From assembly GCA_051294375.1 (NCBI GenBank), contig CM119271.1, positions 4,716,421-4,780,420 on the forward strand: a stretch of 64,000 bases of DNA. The letters run 5' to 3'. The notes below the pieces were generated by a model, which saw nothing but the letters and a program-made list of their open reading frames with translations, ran no database searches and was not told the origin of the DNA. Below, one piece after another: positions 1 to 12,919 of the stretch. The position numbers were made by a program, and so were the translations under genes. Every line of letters starts with the position of its first letter. Positions within the stretch are counted from its first letter, which is position 1. This DNA is from Paraspadella gotoi (lineage: Eukaryota > Animalia > Chaetognatha).

Positions 1-972
1 CAATCAACTGCATTTTTGCCAATCACCTATATCATTTATATAACTTATAACAAAGTCCGGACTAAAAAGTCTAATTGTCTTTTGTTTATTCAATTGGTTT
101 TTCGCGAAAAAGTTTTCCACGTGTAATATCGTCTCGGAAATTATTTTTCAAATGATTAAAACAATTAATTTATCAAATCATTATTCTTCATCATTCGGTG
201 CGAATAAGTATTCGTTTAATTAAGACTATTTAAAACCTTACTATTCGTAGAGTTCGAGAGAGACGTCGGCCAGAGTTAGGACGAGAATGATGAAGTCGAA
301 AACATTGTAGTACGACTTCCAATAGAGAATCGGTTCCGCGTAGAGTTTGAGCACGGCCTCGACGATGTAAACCGCAATGCAGAATTCGTTGATCACTCTG
401 CGACGAAAGGAAGAGAGTCTTCGCGAATAACCCCTGCCTTATCCTAGCTGCGGCAGTCGAAAAATCAAGAGTCTTATCTTAAACTTACCTCACGCTGCAA
501 TCTTATTTAGCTTTATTTCCTCACCTCCTTTTTTTCCTCATCTTTCTTACCGCAATACGACCCTCCATTCCATCGGAATGTCGTAAGTCTCAGCGATTAT
601 CGTAGCTACGTTAATGACGATAACCACGAGGACGCTAAAGTTAAATCTAAATATTTAGAATATCAATAGAATATTTTAGTTAGAAGTTCGTTAAAAAAAA
701 ACTAAAAAAATTAAAAAATTAATAAGCGAAGGCTATGGGCGACGGTCACGATCAAGAGGCGGTAAAAATTATCATAAACGAAAATTGTCAAATTATGGAA
801 TCGGAATTGAAGAAGTGAAAGTAAAGCGTGAAAACGTTTCGTTTTTTAACTCACCAAGTGTCGAACCAATTTGATTCCGTCACGTGTTGGACGAAAGAGT
901 GGAACCGATGATCGCACCGTTGCTTCGCCGTCACGTACTGATTGAAACGGAGGTAAGGGGTAGACAATGATC

Positions 973-1019
<47 letters not shown>

Positions 1020-1229
1020 ACCCGACCTCATATTCCAATTGATTGAGGTTCCAACCAGACGGACGCGTAGAAAAAAACGGATCTTTTGAATCTCGGTCGT
1101 CTTGCATGATGAGATCCTGTTACGAACATTTTTTAAAAAATAGATTAATTGTTTAATTCTTACGTCTTATCGATTGATTGATTTATTCATTTATTGACTC
1201 GCCTCCACGGCATCGTCAGTTTCAGCCAT
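1..1229 (-). CDS. CATSPER3: Ion-transport (6TM) cation channel alpha subunit, CatSper3-like; 5' exons only, gene runs off the left edge
   Basis: Hand-spliced minus-strand exons 1229-1203, 1116-~1027, 937-855, 634-551, 397-242 read ...FHSFVQHVTESNWFDTCVLVVIVINVATIIAETY...VINEFCIAVYIVEAVLKLYAEPILYWKSYYNVFDFIILVLTL, i.e. S1-S3 helices. The KxYxxPxxYWKxxYN pattern resembles CatSper3 as recalled. No S4 or pore is in the window, so the paralog call is tentative. Confidence 0.6.
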
Positions 1230-2014
1230 TTCTTTAACTTATCAACGACCGCAAATAGTAAATTATGAGCAATCCAAATCATTTAAAAACCGCACGACGA
1301 ATTTTTAAAACTAATTTTTAATCCAATGGGACATTCTTACTCGTAAAATAAATGATCTTTTTTTTTTTAGATTAAAGTAGAGCGAAACTGAACGGCTTAT
1401 TCTTTAATAATTAATTTTATTTTGGATGTTCCTAAAAGTCTAAATGGAAAATTACATTAATGGCTCAAAACCCCATAAAAAATTACAAAATTTGTGTTAC
1501 AATCTTGTTCTCAAGCAGCTCGTCTTTTTATATTCTGAAATATATTTCTCTAAAACTTCGTATTCTTTCGGACAGAAGAGGCGGCCCAAACTGCGGCCAA
1601 AGCGCGGCTTCATTAAAAAAAGCTTTAAACGCGCGCTCTCCCATTGGTCGGATTTTCTCCGATCAATCGCCGAGCTCCGATTGGACGATTACTCCGCGCC
1701 ACGGAGCGGAATAAATCCCTCCCAAGCTCCTCCCCCTCGCCACCCCGGGTAAAGCCCCTCCCACTTTTTCACGATTGGTTATACTACTTCCGTCCGTCGG
1801 GGGTATAAACATTTCCCTAATTCAACTTTACTTTATGTTGCCTAACGGGTAATAACGCGTAATTTTTTGTCTGTGGGCCAATATTTAGCTTAACGTTTTC
1901 TTTTTCTAAATATTCTCGCTCTCTCTATCCACCTCGTCCGATTTAGTTTTTCTTTGTTAAAAACTTGAGCCTCATTTTCGAAAAAGAGAGGGGGGAAAAA
2001 GAGTGTGTGTGTGC

Positions 2015-2033
2015 GAGAGAGAGAGAGAGAAGA

Positions 2034-2120
<87 letters not shown>
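2015..2120. repeat. Imperfect (GA)n microsatellite
   Basis: Directly visible AG dinucleotide run with interruptions. Confidence 0.95.
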
Positions 2121-2214
2121 TTGCCAATTTCAACGAGAGAGTAGCAACCATCAGGAAAAGAAAAAACATTCTATTTACCAACGAAAAAAGTCGTAATTTG
2201 TTGAAACATGTATG

Positions 2215-2360
2215 CGACCAATCAAACGATGATTTGGCTCCTATTGGCCGACCACGTTACTACTCTTAACTTACCTGGGACCAATAGGAGAGCGACTCTC
2301 ACTGCTACGTAAAAACACTCTTTGCCCATTGGCTCATGTCTTTTTCCAGTCGACCAATCG
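2215..2360. promoter_or_regulatory. Cluster of five CCAAT/ATTGG boxes upstream of a CpG-rich island (candidate NF-Y promoter)
   Basis: CCAAT/ATTGG near 2218, 2243, 2281, 2328 and 2354, followed by GC-rich 2380-2780; lies between the divergent channel and endophilin genes. Confidence 0.45.
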
Positions 2361-2636
2361 TGGCACGAGTCGGTCTCACCCAAGCTCCTCCTCCTCTCCT
2401 CCTCTTCCCCTCCTCCGTCCGTCCTAAAGGTTATCCCCGAACGACGCCCTAAAGGAGATCGAGTGCGGCGGGGCGCCTCCCCTGAGTCCGACGCGGCGCC
2501 CGGCGGCGGGTCGTCGGGGACGGAGGGCGCCCGCGGCCCGCGTCCTCTAGCGGGCGCGTCCACCGCGGCGCGGCCCTCCTCCTCTGGTCCTCGGCGCGCC
2601 TCGAACTCGGGAGAGAGAGCGGAGAGCAAGCGAGAT

Positions 2637-2673
<37 letters not shown>

Positions 2674-2776
2674 TTCGCGACCCTTTTCGCGTTCGCGACG
2701 ATCGAATGACCTCCATCGAAGAGTCGACGACACAAACCCGGGGCCACGACGATATTTCCCGGGAGCGATCCGTCCT

Positions 2777-2780
<4 letters not shown>

Positions 2781-2870
<90 letters not shown>
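2781..2870. repeat. (TC)45 microsatellite
   Basis: Uninterrupted TC run of 90 nt. Confidence 0.97.
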
Positions 2871-2873
<3 letters not shown>

Positions 2874-3841
2874 CATTTTCTCGTTCTCTCGTTCTCTCCT
2901 CCTCTCGCTCTCTATCCCGTTTCTCCTCCGAGAGGCGGAGCGAGAGCGAGAAAGCGCGACTTTATAAAGTTGAGAAAGGAGGTAGGTTGACCCGCGAAAG
3001 GGATCGCGGTGACCAAAGGGACGAACGAGACTCGCGCGATAAGAAAAAGCGAATTTGTGTGTCGTCGTTCGACCTGTTTTGTATGTGTGTGTGTATTTGT
3101 TTCTGCGTGCGTGCGTGTATGTTTATGTGTGTATATCTTTGTGTGGGTGTTTTGAAAGAGTCGGGTTGTTTTTAATTCTGTATGTGTGTTCGTGCCCGAT
3201 TTTAAAAAGAACTTTTAAAAAAAAGAGGAAAAAAAAGAAGAAAAAAGCGAAAAAACCTTTTTTGAAAAAAAAAATCGTTTCTAAAGCAGACTTTTTCGCA
3301 CAACTATTTGTACATGCCACTTTTTTTCTATACTTTCCATTTTATTTCTTTAAAACTTCCCAGAGATACTAAATCAAAAGGGTCAATTCCTTTTTACTAC
3401 AATTAAATGTCTTTAGAATTTAAGGATTGAAGAAAGCAAAGTTGTTTCTTAAGATAACCTTTAAACTTATTAGTTATCGAGCGAACAAAACTTGTTTTAC
3501 TTCTAAGGTTCAAAATACTCTCAACGCGCCAGAAAGACAAATATGTACCTTTTAACTTGATATTCGTTCCTTAATTCCCTCTTCTCGCGATTTTTTTTGT
3601 TTTTATTCACTATTCCGTTATGTGATGTAACTCGGTTCCTGACTATTTTTCCCTCATTTATCGCCAGAGTTGGAAATGCGGGTATTTGGTTTAATCTGCT
3701 TAATTTTCGAGCGAGGAAGTCTGTGCAGCCGCGATGAAACATCGATCTCAAACTCAAAAGGGAAGAAAATCACTTCACAGAAAATATTCGAAATTTTTTT
3801 GTGTTTTAAACTTTTTTATGCGCAGTTGATCTAAAGAAAAA

Positions 3842-5370
3842 ATGAATTCCGAACCGGTAAGTGAAACTTTATTTCTTTGGGATACATTTTGTAGCGTTTC
3901 CCACGATTTTAATGCGCTCATTTTAATTAGTAATAAACATCACATCTTAAATGAAATAAGAAACAAATCATAATAAATAAATACGTAAATAATCAACCAA
4001 TCATATCCGCTCGAGTCAACCAGACGCAACGTCGCCAACCCAACCCCTTCTACACCCCAAACCCTCTTCAGGACCCCGACCTCGACTGGGAGTCACTCGA
4101 ACTCCGCGTGGAGAAGCTCTCCCGCCTCGTGACTCAACTTCAGCCGAAGACCCAATCCTTCGTCGACCCCCGCCGCTCCTCCATCAGAAAAGCCATCAAA
4201 GACAAGGTGCTTCACCAGCAGCCGTCCTCGTCGCCGCAGGGGTCACAACAGCCCCAGCCGGAAGACTCGCTGGGCCACACGATGCGGAAGCAGGGGCTTC
4301 GACTGGGGGAAGACTCCGAGTTAGGCAAGGGGCTCGTCGACTACGCGGATTCGTTAACGAGGCTTTCGGAGATGAAGACTCTGATGCAGGATTCCGTCCA
4401 CGGGAGATTCATCGATCCGATGGGGAAGCTGGAGAAGGTGGACATGAAGCAGGTTCTGTTTTAAAGGCTCTTTTCGTTTACAAAATTTAATCTTTATAAG
4501 TCAGAGAGGTTTTCCCTTCATTTAAACTCGCTATTTTTTTTTTTTTTTTTTTTTTTTTTGAAACACGGCATTTTAACTTAAAGAAAAACTTTTTGCAACA
4601 AAAATCGATTTGGAAGCCCTTGAATGCGGTTGACAGCCGTTAGTTTTACTAATTATCCTTTAACATCGGGAAAATTAGTATAAAGTTAATATAAATTACA
4701 AAAATATGAAAAAATTAGACTAACCGTAAATTTATCGAGAGGAAATGTTCCTCGACACCTTCAGGTCGCCCAGCACCTCAAGAATCTCCGCTCCCGTCGC
4801 AGCGACGCCGAGCGCGCCGCCAAGAAGACCAACCTCTCGACGGAGGAGGTGGCGCAGACGACAGAGAAGCTCGAGGAAGCGGAGGGTCTCGCCAGAGCCT
4901 CGATCCTCAACATACTGGCGACGGAGGACGACCAACTGCGCATGCTGGCCGCCCTGATCGAGGACCAGCGGGCGTTCCACTCCGGCTGCGTCTCGGAGTT
5001 GGAGGCGTTGGAGGGAAGGCTGGGGGAGAGGATCGTGGAGGCGAGTCGAAATCGGAAGGGGCCGAGAGAGAGGAGTTTGAAAAGAGAGGAAGACGAGGAG
5101 GAAAGGAGTGGAGGGGAATCCGAGGCGGAGTTGAGAGGAACTGAAGCGGGCGGCGCCGTCGTCGACGAAAGGCCTCGCCACGACGCCAACGACGACGTGG
5201 TCTGCGAGGCGCTCTTCGATTTCGACGCCGCGAATGCGAATGAAATGAAATTCGTCGCCGGGGAATCCATCGTCGTAGTCAGCGTCGTGGACGACGATTG
5301 GCTCTGGGGGAAAATCGGAGATGACCGGGTGGGGTTCGTGCCGAGAACCTTCGTTAGGATGGGGGAATGA
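3842..5370 (+). CDS. Endophilin-like BAR + SH3 domain protein (3 coding exons)
   Basis: Exons 3842-3856, 4072-4452, 4765-5370 join in frame at GT-AG sites. BAR motif PQPEDSLGHTMRKQGLRLGEDSELGKGL...FIDPM resembles endophilin PQxExxLGxxM...FIDPL. C-terminal SH3 CEALFDFDAANANEMKF...DDDWLWG...GFVPRTFV. The short first exon is less certain. Confidence 0.85.
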
Positions 5371-6747
5371 AGAAAAACAAAAAAATATTTGCGGCGATCC
5401 CGGATTTTAATACGCTCTCGTGGCGTATGGGAAAATGAAAAGAAAGAAGATAAAAGAGCGACGGTCGTTTCTTTACCGAAAAGAATAAATACGTTATCTT
5501 ACATACAACAAATTACAAAGTTTTAGGTTTAAATTTATTCAGAGGACGGGCCTGGGCAGGGCCATGAGTCTCAGTTACAAATAGTCACATTGCTTTTACA
5601 AATTATCACGGTAGGAAACTACAATGAACAAACAGTGAACAAATTTAAGCAAAGAATCGTCGGACGGATGTTCTTTTTTTTCTCAAGATGTAGTACTCTG
5701 ACGCGCTTGCCATCTGTGTGATTTAGCCGAATAAAAATTGAACATATGAACATTGAGCAACTTTTGCAAAGTGATTCAAGACTCGAGAAAGTTCGCGCCG
5801 ATAGGTTTTAAACGGGTTTATTTTTGAGAACTTTCGTCTTTAATTTATAAATTATAAACAACCAAGTTTTCCATTGTTTTTATTTTTTCCCTCATCTCCC
5901 TGTAATTCCCTTGGTCCAATAGCTCCTTCTAAAAGTGAGAATCGCAAACGACAATTCGGGAAAATAATTAAGAGAAACAAAATATTCTCTCTCTCTATCT
6001 GTATCTCTCTCTCAGCCCCAACATTTGTCTAATAAACCTACCGGCGCCTTCTAATTAAGTATAATTATAAACCATTGTACCAACCATTTTCCCCTGTTTG
6101 GATAATGATCAGCCAATCAGCTGTGGATCAGAAGCCACAAAAGCGGCGTTGTGAATTGTGATGCTTCGATTGAAAGTAAAGATGAGAGAGAGGGAGAACG
6201 AGAGGGAACACATTTGGTGAAAGAGTCGGTTTGTTTCTGAAAGTAGGACTACTTTTGGGTAAAGTTTAAGGCTTTGAAAGAAAATCCCTGTTTTAGGGAT
6301 AAAACTCAACCAAGGGAACACCTTCCTCTCTTTCATATTTTTTTTTTCACAAGACTCTCTGTGTTTTCCTAATGCGTTTTGAATTCGAAAAATAAACCCG
6401 CTGGTTGAAGCATCAATACAAATTTGAATCTGAAAATCAAAAAGATGCAGATTTTTCCTAGACAGTTTTTTATCCATACATATATATGTACGTATATATA
6501 TTATATATTACTATATATATATATTCATTAATAAGTATGAAATACATTTCTGCATTTAAAACTAAGAAAAAATTCATTTTGAAAAGTTTACATTTTATAA
6601 GGTAAGTAGTAAGTACCATGTACAAATATGGCCTCATACAAAAATTAAGAAATTAAAAATACATTTTTTTTTTATGAATGTTTTGATACAAGACTGTTTG
6701 TGATCTACTAGAAATTAGATATGTAGTAACATTAACCACGCCTTACT

Positions 6748-7258
6748 GGACATCGGACATCGGACACTGGTCATTGACTTTAGAATTCAGAAGCTTGTTG
6801 TTAACTGCGCGCATCGGATCGTGAACCTTAAAACCTTGACCTCCGGATCGGTTACATCCCTATGACATCAAGGCCGTTGGCGATTTGATGTCGGTGCATC
6901 AACCGAACCAATGATTTTTATTAATCCTTCTTTCCTATTTTCCTCTCCTTCTCCAGACGCTTCTTCGTCATTCCATCTTCTTCTTCTTCTTCCTCTTTCT
7001 TTTTTTATTCTCTATGTCTCCTTCTCTCGCTGTTTTTACGACTCTAGTTTTTTTTACGAGGAAAAAGAAAAGCAGACGAAAGGCGCCGACATCAAAGCCG
7101 CCGCCTGGGGGGGCGGGGGTTGATCGAGGGGGGGGGGTCGACTGAGCGGAGCGTTAAAGGGTAAGGAAGGAAATCCCCGGAATTCCTAGACGAACGACTT
7201 TTGAGGGTAAGTGATGCGACCGGAGTGCGAGAAAGATTCACCGAGGGTCAGTTACTCT

Positions 7259-7307
<49 letters not shown>

Positions 7308-7464
7308 AAGATCACGGGTTGAGATAAAACGTTACCGAGTTCGATCCCAACATTTTTTCGGCATCTCAGATGATTACGACGATGAAGACCGACCGACCCT
7401 CATCGATGTCCAATCATGTCCAATGTCCAATTGTCCAATGACCATTGTCCAATGTCCAATGTCC
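6748..7464. repeat. Inverted repeat pair built from GGACAT(T/C) heptamers (possible foldback/MITE remnant)
   Basis: 6748-6777 GGACATCGGACATCGGACACTGGTCATTGA matches the reverse complement of 7435-7464 at 26/30; a TGTCCAA array spans ~7407-7473. Confidence 0.55.
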
Positions 7465-8348
7465 ATTGTCCAACCTGGCTCAACAGCCCCGGATGTTCGT
7501 ATCGGAAAATTCAAGATCGCCGATGCCTTAGATTTCGACCTCGACTTTTCTCATCCTTTTTTCGTCGTCACCTCAAACGGCCGCCTTCGACCCGGAAGGC
7601 ACGCCCCCTTGTATTCCTCTCAACACTTTCAGAAGCGTCTCTTCTCAACGCTGGAAACTTCTCACTCTCGATCTATTTTTAAATGTTTTCTTGTGTTTCG
7701 GAATACTTTTTTGGTGCAAACTAACATAGCTTCGAAACTAAAATAACTCAATTTTATGAAATTTTTTTTGGGGGGGTTATGATATGATAATTGTACTTAT
7801 TGACAGTGATTATTAATAGTTTAAAGTTTAAAGCGAACGAATTAAAGTTCTATCAATACTTAGAAAAAACACGACTATATGCAATTAAGAAATTAAGATC
7901 ATTAATCTTTTGAAAGGAACCATAAATTTCATAATTTTACATTAACTTTTAAAACGAAATTAACTTTTTAACTAATTCATTGTGAAATCTTGTCGATTAT
8001 TCCAACAAATCCCGTCGCCTTTCGATCCTCGATCTCGCGGGACCGAATCGATTTTCCGTGAGATTTAAAACTCGTTCGCCACATGGTCGTTGGAAGAGGA
8101 CGAGTTAAGCGATAAACTTGGAAGCGTTTGGTTGTAAAAATTGTAGGAATAGTATTCAGTGTCGATTGGTTGGGTTACCAACTAACCAATGGTTAGTTGG
8201 TTGGTTTCGTTAGTATGTTGGTTGGTTGATTGATTTGGTGAGTTGGGTTGTGGGTTTTCAAGTTGGTTATTTGTTTGGATGAGAGGTTAATTGGTCGCTG
8301 GGTAAGTTAATTAGGTTTCTATGGTTGATTAAGATGTTTGGTTTGTTG

Positions 8349-8570
8349 TATGGCAACAGCCGGGTTGCCTGTGATGCCCATTGGGATGCGGCATCTGACT
8401 GTTGGCTTTGGAGGCATCCGACCCTCAGTAACGCCGCCAGTCACTGGCGCGGTTACCCTAGGACAGTCTCGCTTTGCCAACTCAAAGGGAATTCGTTAGG
8501 ACTGTGGATGAGACACATCGCCTGGGATGGTGTGTTCCCCCTCTGAGCCAAGGATGGTGGACGTGAGGCG
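8349..8570 (-). mobile_element. Diverged solo-LTR-like relative of the TRIM at 31230-31941
   Basis: Shares colinear blocks TATGGCAAC, GCCTGTGAT, GACCCTCAGT, GTCACTGGC, AGCCA and GTGAGGC with the 31.2-kb LTR. Confidence 0.65.
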
Positions 8571-8807
8571 GTTGGTTGTTTTACTGGGTCAGTTGATTTA
8601 CTTTTTTTTTCTTTGATTGGTTTGTCGCTTTAGTTTGCTGGTTAGCTGGGCCCGTTGTTTAGTTGATTGGTTGATTGTTTAATCACCGTAACGACGACAA
8701 CAACAACAACAGCGACGTGTAATAAATTCGTCGCGCGATCGAGTCGAGGATTTTTGAGCGTCGGTGTGAAAATCCCGACTGCGTAGTAGAAGGTTTACTA
8801 CCAGGGA

Positions 8808-8850
8808 TAGAGAGAAGAGTGAGAGAGAGAGAAGAGAGAAGAGAGAGAGA

Positions 8851-8896
<46 letters not shown>

Positions 8897-9170
8897 AGAG
8901 AGAGAGAGAGAAAATGAGAAATGATCATAAAAGACACTAGTAAGAAAGAAGACCGCAGTGAGAGAGAGAGATGGGTTAGCAAGGGTTGGAGGGAATCAGA
9001 GCCAGAGAAAGAAAGAGAAGAGAGAGAGAAAGAGAGAGAATGAGAAAGAAAGAGAAAAAAAAATTAAATATTTTTTAAGATGCAAATTTAGAAATATTGA
9101 AAAGGCAGCCAGGTGTTTGTCCGTCACGGGGAGTCGGTTTCAAGGAAAAGAAGGCAGAAAGAGAGAGGGG

Positions 9171-9243
<73 letters not shown>
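8808..9243. repeat. Purine-rich (GA)n / GAGAGAA compound microsatellite blocks
   Basis: Runs at ~8808-8910, ~9003-9060 and ~9160-9243. Confidence 0.9.
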
Positions 9244-9247
<4 letters not shown>

Positions 9248-9623
9248 CATCTCGTATCTAAAACTGGGTGAATTATTGTTTTGACGAAGTCCGCATTTTT
9301 TCTCTCAATTTTCACGACTTTCGTTATTTATTTCTTTCGTTTCGGGATTTTTGCATCACGTGATATTTTTGTTGTTGTTTGACTTTTTCGTCAGAGGGCA
9401 CGAGCGCTGAATAATTTATTTCTAGGGTTCGTTATCGGAAGCAACTAAGTTTCTTTTTACTATTTCTGTTGTCGACCTATGATCGCAACCTTTTGAAAGT
9501 TGAAGTAAGTCATCGCAACGGGAGCAAAAAGGTAAGTCATGGCTGATTAGAGATGAGGGAAAATTCCTCATCTAAATTCTTAAGGCGAGAGAAATATGGG
9601 CCTGAAGAGAAGAAAGCTCGAGG

Positions 9624-9897
9624 CCCCCCGTGGGCCTTTTTATCGGAGAGCGCCCCATTTTAACTTAAATTCAGAATTAAATTTATTTTTAGTTTTAATA
9701 ATTATATTAAGGTTTATGGTTAGGGATTTGGTTAGAGTTTTGGTTAAGTATTATTATGGTTTACGATTGGGGTATAAAGTTAGAAAATAAGATTAAGTTT
9801 TAGGGTTTAGGATTAAACTAACGTAAAAAAGATTAAAATTAAATATTGAAATTAAAATCTGAATGAGGCGGTCTCGGAAAACAGTGCCGCACCGGGG
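9624..9897. mobile_element. Small MITE-like element with degenerate ~40-50 bp TIRs and TTAGGG-like interior
   Basis: Left CCCCCGTGGGCCTTTTTATCGGAGAGCGCCCCATT vs reverse complement of the right end CCCCGGTGCGGCACTGTTTTCCGAGACCGCCTCATT; interior is degenerate TTAGGG/TTAAGG. Confidence 0.55.
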
Positions 9898-10488
9898 AAT
9901 CTTGTACTCTCGATCATATTTTTTTCTTTTTTGCGCATTCTTCGCTTTTTGTTTGTTTTTCTTTATTTTTTTTTTCCTTTCCTCAACTCATTTTTTCTTA
10001 TTTTTCGACACATTTTTTTCATTTTTCAATTTTTTTTCTCTCATATTCATTGGAGAGTCAACCGATTCCTGGAGACTCGGTTGTTGACTTTACGGGTTGA
10101 AAGGAATTCCAAGTTTAAACGTGAATGAAATTTTGTGAGTCGTAGAGTTTAATGGGGATCGAGAGTCAACGAAAGGATATCAAAGAAAAGATTATTTTCC
10201 GAGAGAAAAAAATTACGGTTTTATGTTCATTTAAAATGAATGTACCGAATCGAAACGCCGCGTAAACAAAAAGAAAAACAAAAGCTGTATCACTGTATCA
10301 CACAATATATATATTATTATTATTGTTTATTTATAAATCTAAGTCTAATAGATTTTTAACAAATAAATAAATCACAAAAAATAGTTATTTTTAAATCTTA
10401 AAAAAATAAAGATGGTGAAACAAGTAAACTTACAATTTTTCATAAATATAAATTAATATTTTCTTTTACATTCTTATATACATAAATG

Positions 10489-10492
<4 letters not shown>

Positions 10493-10555
<63 letters not shown>
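10493..10555. repeat. (TC)n microsatellite
   Basis: Directly visible. Confidence 0.95.
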
Positions 10556-10560
<5 letters not shown>

Positions 10561-11103
10561 TCCCCTACCAAATTTCCGTCGCCGAACCTCGACCCTCCAC
10601 CGAATCACCGAAACCTTACGAAAGGCGTGATTTTTCTTTCGAGTGAGAGAGTGAGTGAGTGAGTGACTCACCACGAAAACCGGGATAGTTGACCGAGATC
10701 GGTGACGGGCGGACTCGGGATTCTGGACCCAGGGGGCAGAAATGAGGGGAGGAGGCTATCGAATTGCCAGACGAACAGGAATGGCCTCGAAGAAGAGCTC
10801 GGGGGGAAGTTGAGGGTCAGTCGAATTACCGAGTTAAAAAAAGTAAGAACATGTCATAGTTTTGAACAATGCTTTATCTGTATCGTTTTATCATTTCTTA
10901 GTAAACTATCTATTTTCGAATGAATAAAAGAAAAAGTCAAAAAGGCGATCATAATTGACAAAATTCCCAAAAAAATGAGCATAAGTTAAATACTAGAAGA
11001 CTAAGAATTATAATTTTAATTAAATCGCTAACGAAATGCAGTATCCCAAAGAAGCGTTGAGACCAAGAGGGTAACAGAACATAATTGAACCAAAACAAAG
11101 AGT

Positions 11104-11170
11104 ATCCCCGGCCCGAAATCCCCGGCCCGAAATCCCCGGCCCGAAATCCCCGGCCCGAAATCCCCGGCCG
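11104..11170. repeat. 14-bp tandem repeat ATCCCCGGCCCGAA, ~4.7 copies
   Basis: Four perfect copies plus a partial fifth. Confidence 0.95.
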
Positions 11171-12083
11171 CATCTCCTCTCAAAAATTCGTCTTGGTTAT
11201 TTCCCCCCACAATCTCTCGCCGTTTCCGTAAAGAAAACCCACCCCTAACGCGGAGAGAAAGAAGGTGGGAGGTGGTGAAAAGAGCGGCGGTAGGAGGTGG
11301 TGAAGAGATCGGGGGTGGGAGGTGGTGAACCCGGTGGTGGATCTTCTTCTCCGGCTTCAAAAAAAAAGCCTTCGACGGTTCACAGTCCAACCCTTCCTCT
11401 TCCCCTTACCTTCGCTCGAGACTCTCCTCTTCCTCTTCTTCCTCCTCCTCCTCCCCCTAAAAATCGAAATCCATCACTTGACGAACTTCTTCCTATTTCT
11501 TTCTTCTCTCTCTCATCTTTTTATTTATATATATATTTATTTGTTCGTGACAGCCGCGCGCGATGATACGCGACCGGAAAATAAGTTTCGTTTCTTTTCC
11601 ATTTCGTTCGAGATTTTTTAATTAATTTTTTACGAAATCGTATGGAAAAAAAAAAATAATTATACGTTACTCGTACATCCCATTCTTGTCGTCTGCGTCG
11701 GAATTTTTTTTTTTTTCCACCGACTTCCCCCTCCCCGCCCTAAAAAAGAAACCGAAAATATTAATAAATAATAGCGGACCTACAAAAAATTCTTTTTTTA
11801 AACGGTGATAATCGATGAAAAACAGAAATCTGGGAAGATTATAAAAAAAAATCAAATTTCTTACTCATTTTTTTTTTCTATCTTCTCGATTTTAAAAAAA
11901 AAATTCGAAGCCTTTTGGTATTAATTCATATTATTATCAAGTATGGATTAATAGTCTAATTTAGTATTTGATACCCTCCAACTTTTATGTCCTCGCGAAA
12001 TCTCGGGCGGACAAAACGTAAGAAATGTCATTCGTGAAAAAAATTCGCCGATTGGACGAGATCACCCACTTGAACAAGAAACC

Positions 12084-12121
<38 letters not shown>

Positions 12122-12878
12122 TCTCTTATTGGCAACGTACCAATCGCTTAACTTAGTTTCTTTTCGAGGGATTTAATTAGATCCTAGTTAGGTCGCACTA
12201 GGTTAGGCCCTTTTTGGTAAATTAGGTGCCATTCGTATTTATATTGTTAATAATTCACGAAAGTCGACCAACTTCGTTGTAATAAATAAACATGATAATA
12301 AAAACGGCCTTACTTTAAACTTTGCTAAAGAAACCGACTTAAAAAATCTATTCCCTTTAATCTTTAGTTTATTTTTCCAGTATTTTTTTTCCTCAAAACA
12401 ATTTAGTTGATGAAATCTTTCTCCCTTTCCCCGCGGAATAAATGTATAAGAAGTTTGATTATTTTTTGAAATTGTCCAGACCGTATTCTGAATATTTTAA
12501 AAAGCGCGTTGAAGAATGGAGACGGTTGTTTCAACTTCGCCAATCGAGTCAGAATCCATTTCTCAAAAAAAACCCAAAAAAATTTTATGAAAAAAAACCA
12601 ATTAAGCCCCAATAACGTCGAATATTACTAAAAATAAAAATTTCTGACGCCGAAAAAATGTTTTCTTCCCTTACCGAATTCGATTCAAAAAAAAATATTA
12701 ACGTTAACAGAGTAAACTTTTTTTATGTGAGGAAAAGAGAAATAAAAACATCTCGCTCTCTCTCTCTCTCTCTCTACTAAAAAAGGGAGTCCCCCTCCCC
12801 TTTTCATAACATTCCTTATTCATCTCTTTAATTTTTTTTCAATACTTCCCATGCGAAAATATGCATGGATGTGGGTCC

Positions 12879-12919
<41 letters not shown>

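Noticed and set aside
1972-2990. ORFs of 62-222 aa with ERERER / SLSLSL runs
   Set aside because: Translation of GA/TC microsatellites plus a GC-rich island; no domain.
7201-7746. 181-aa ORF with CPMS repeats
   Set aside because: TTG start; built from TC repeat and TGTCCAA heptamers.
9700-9820. Interstitial telomere
   Set aside because: Only degenerate TTAGGG-like units, enclosed by TIR-like ends.
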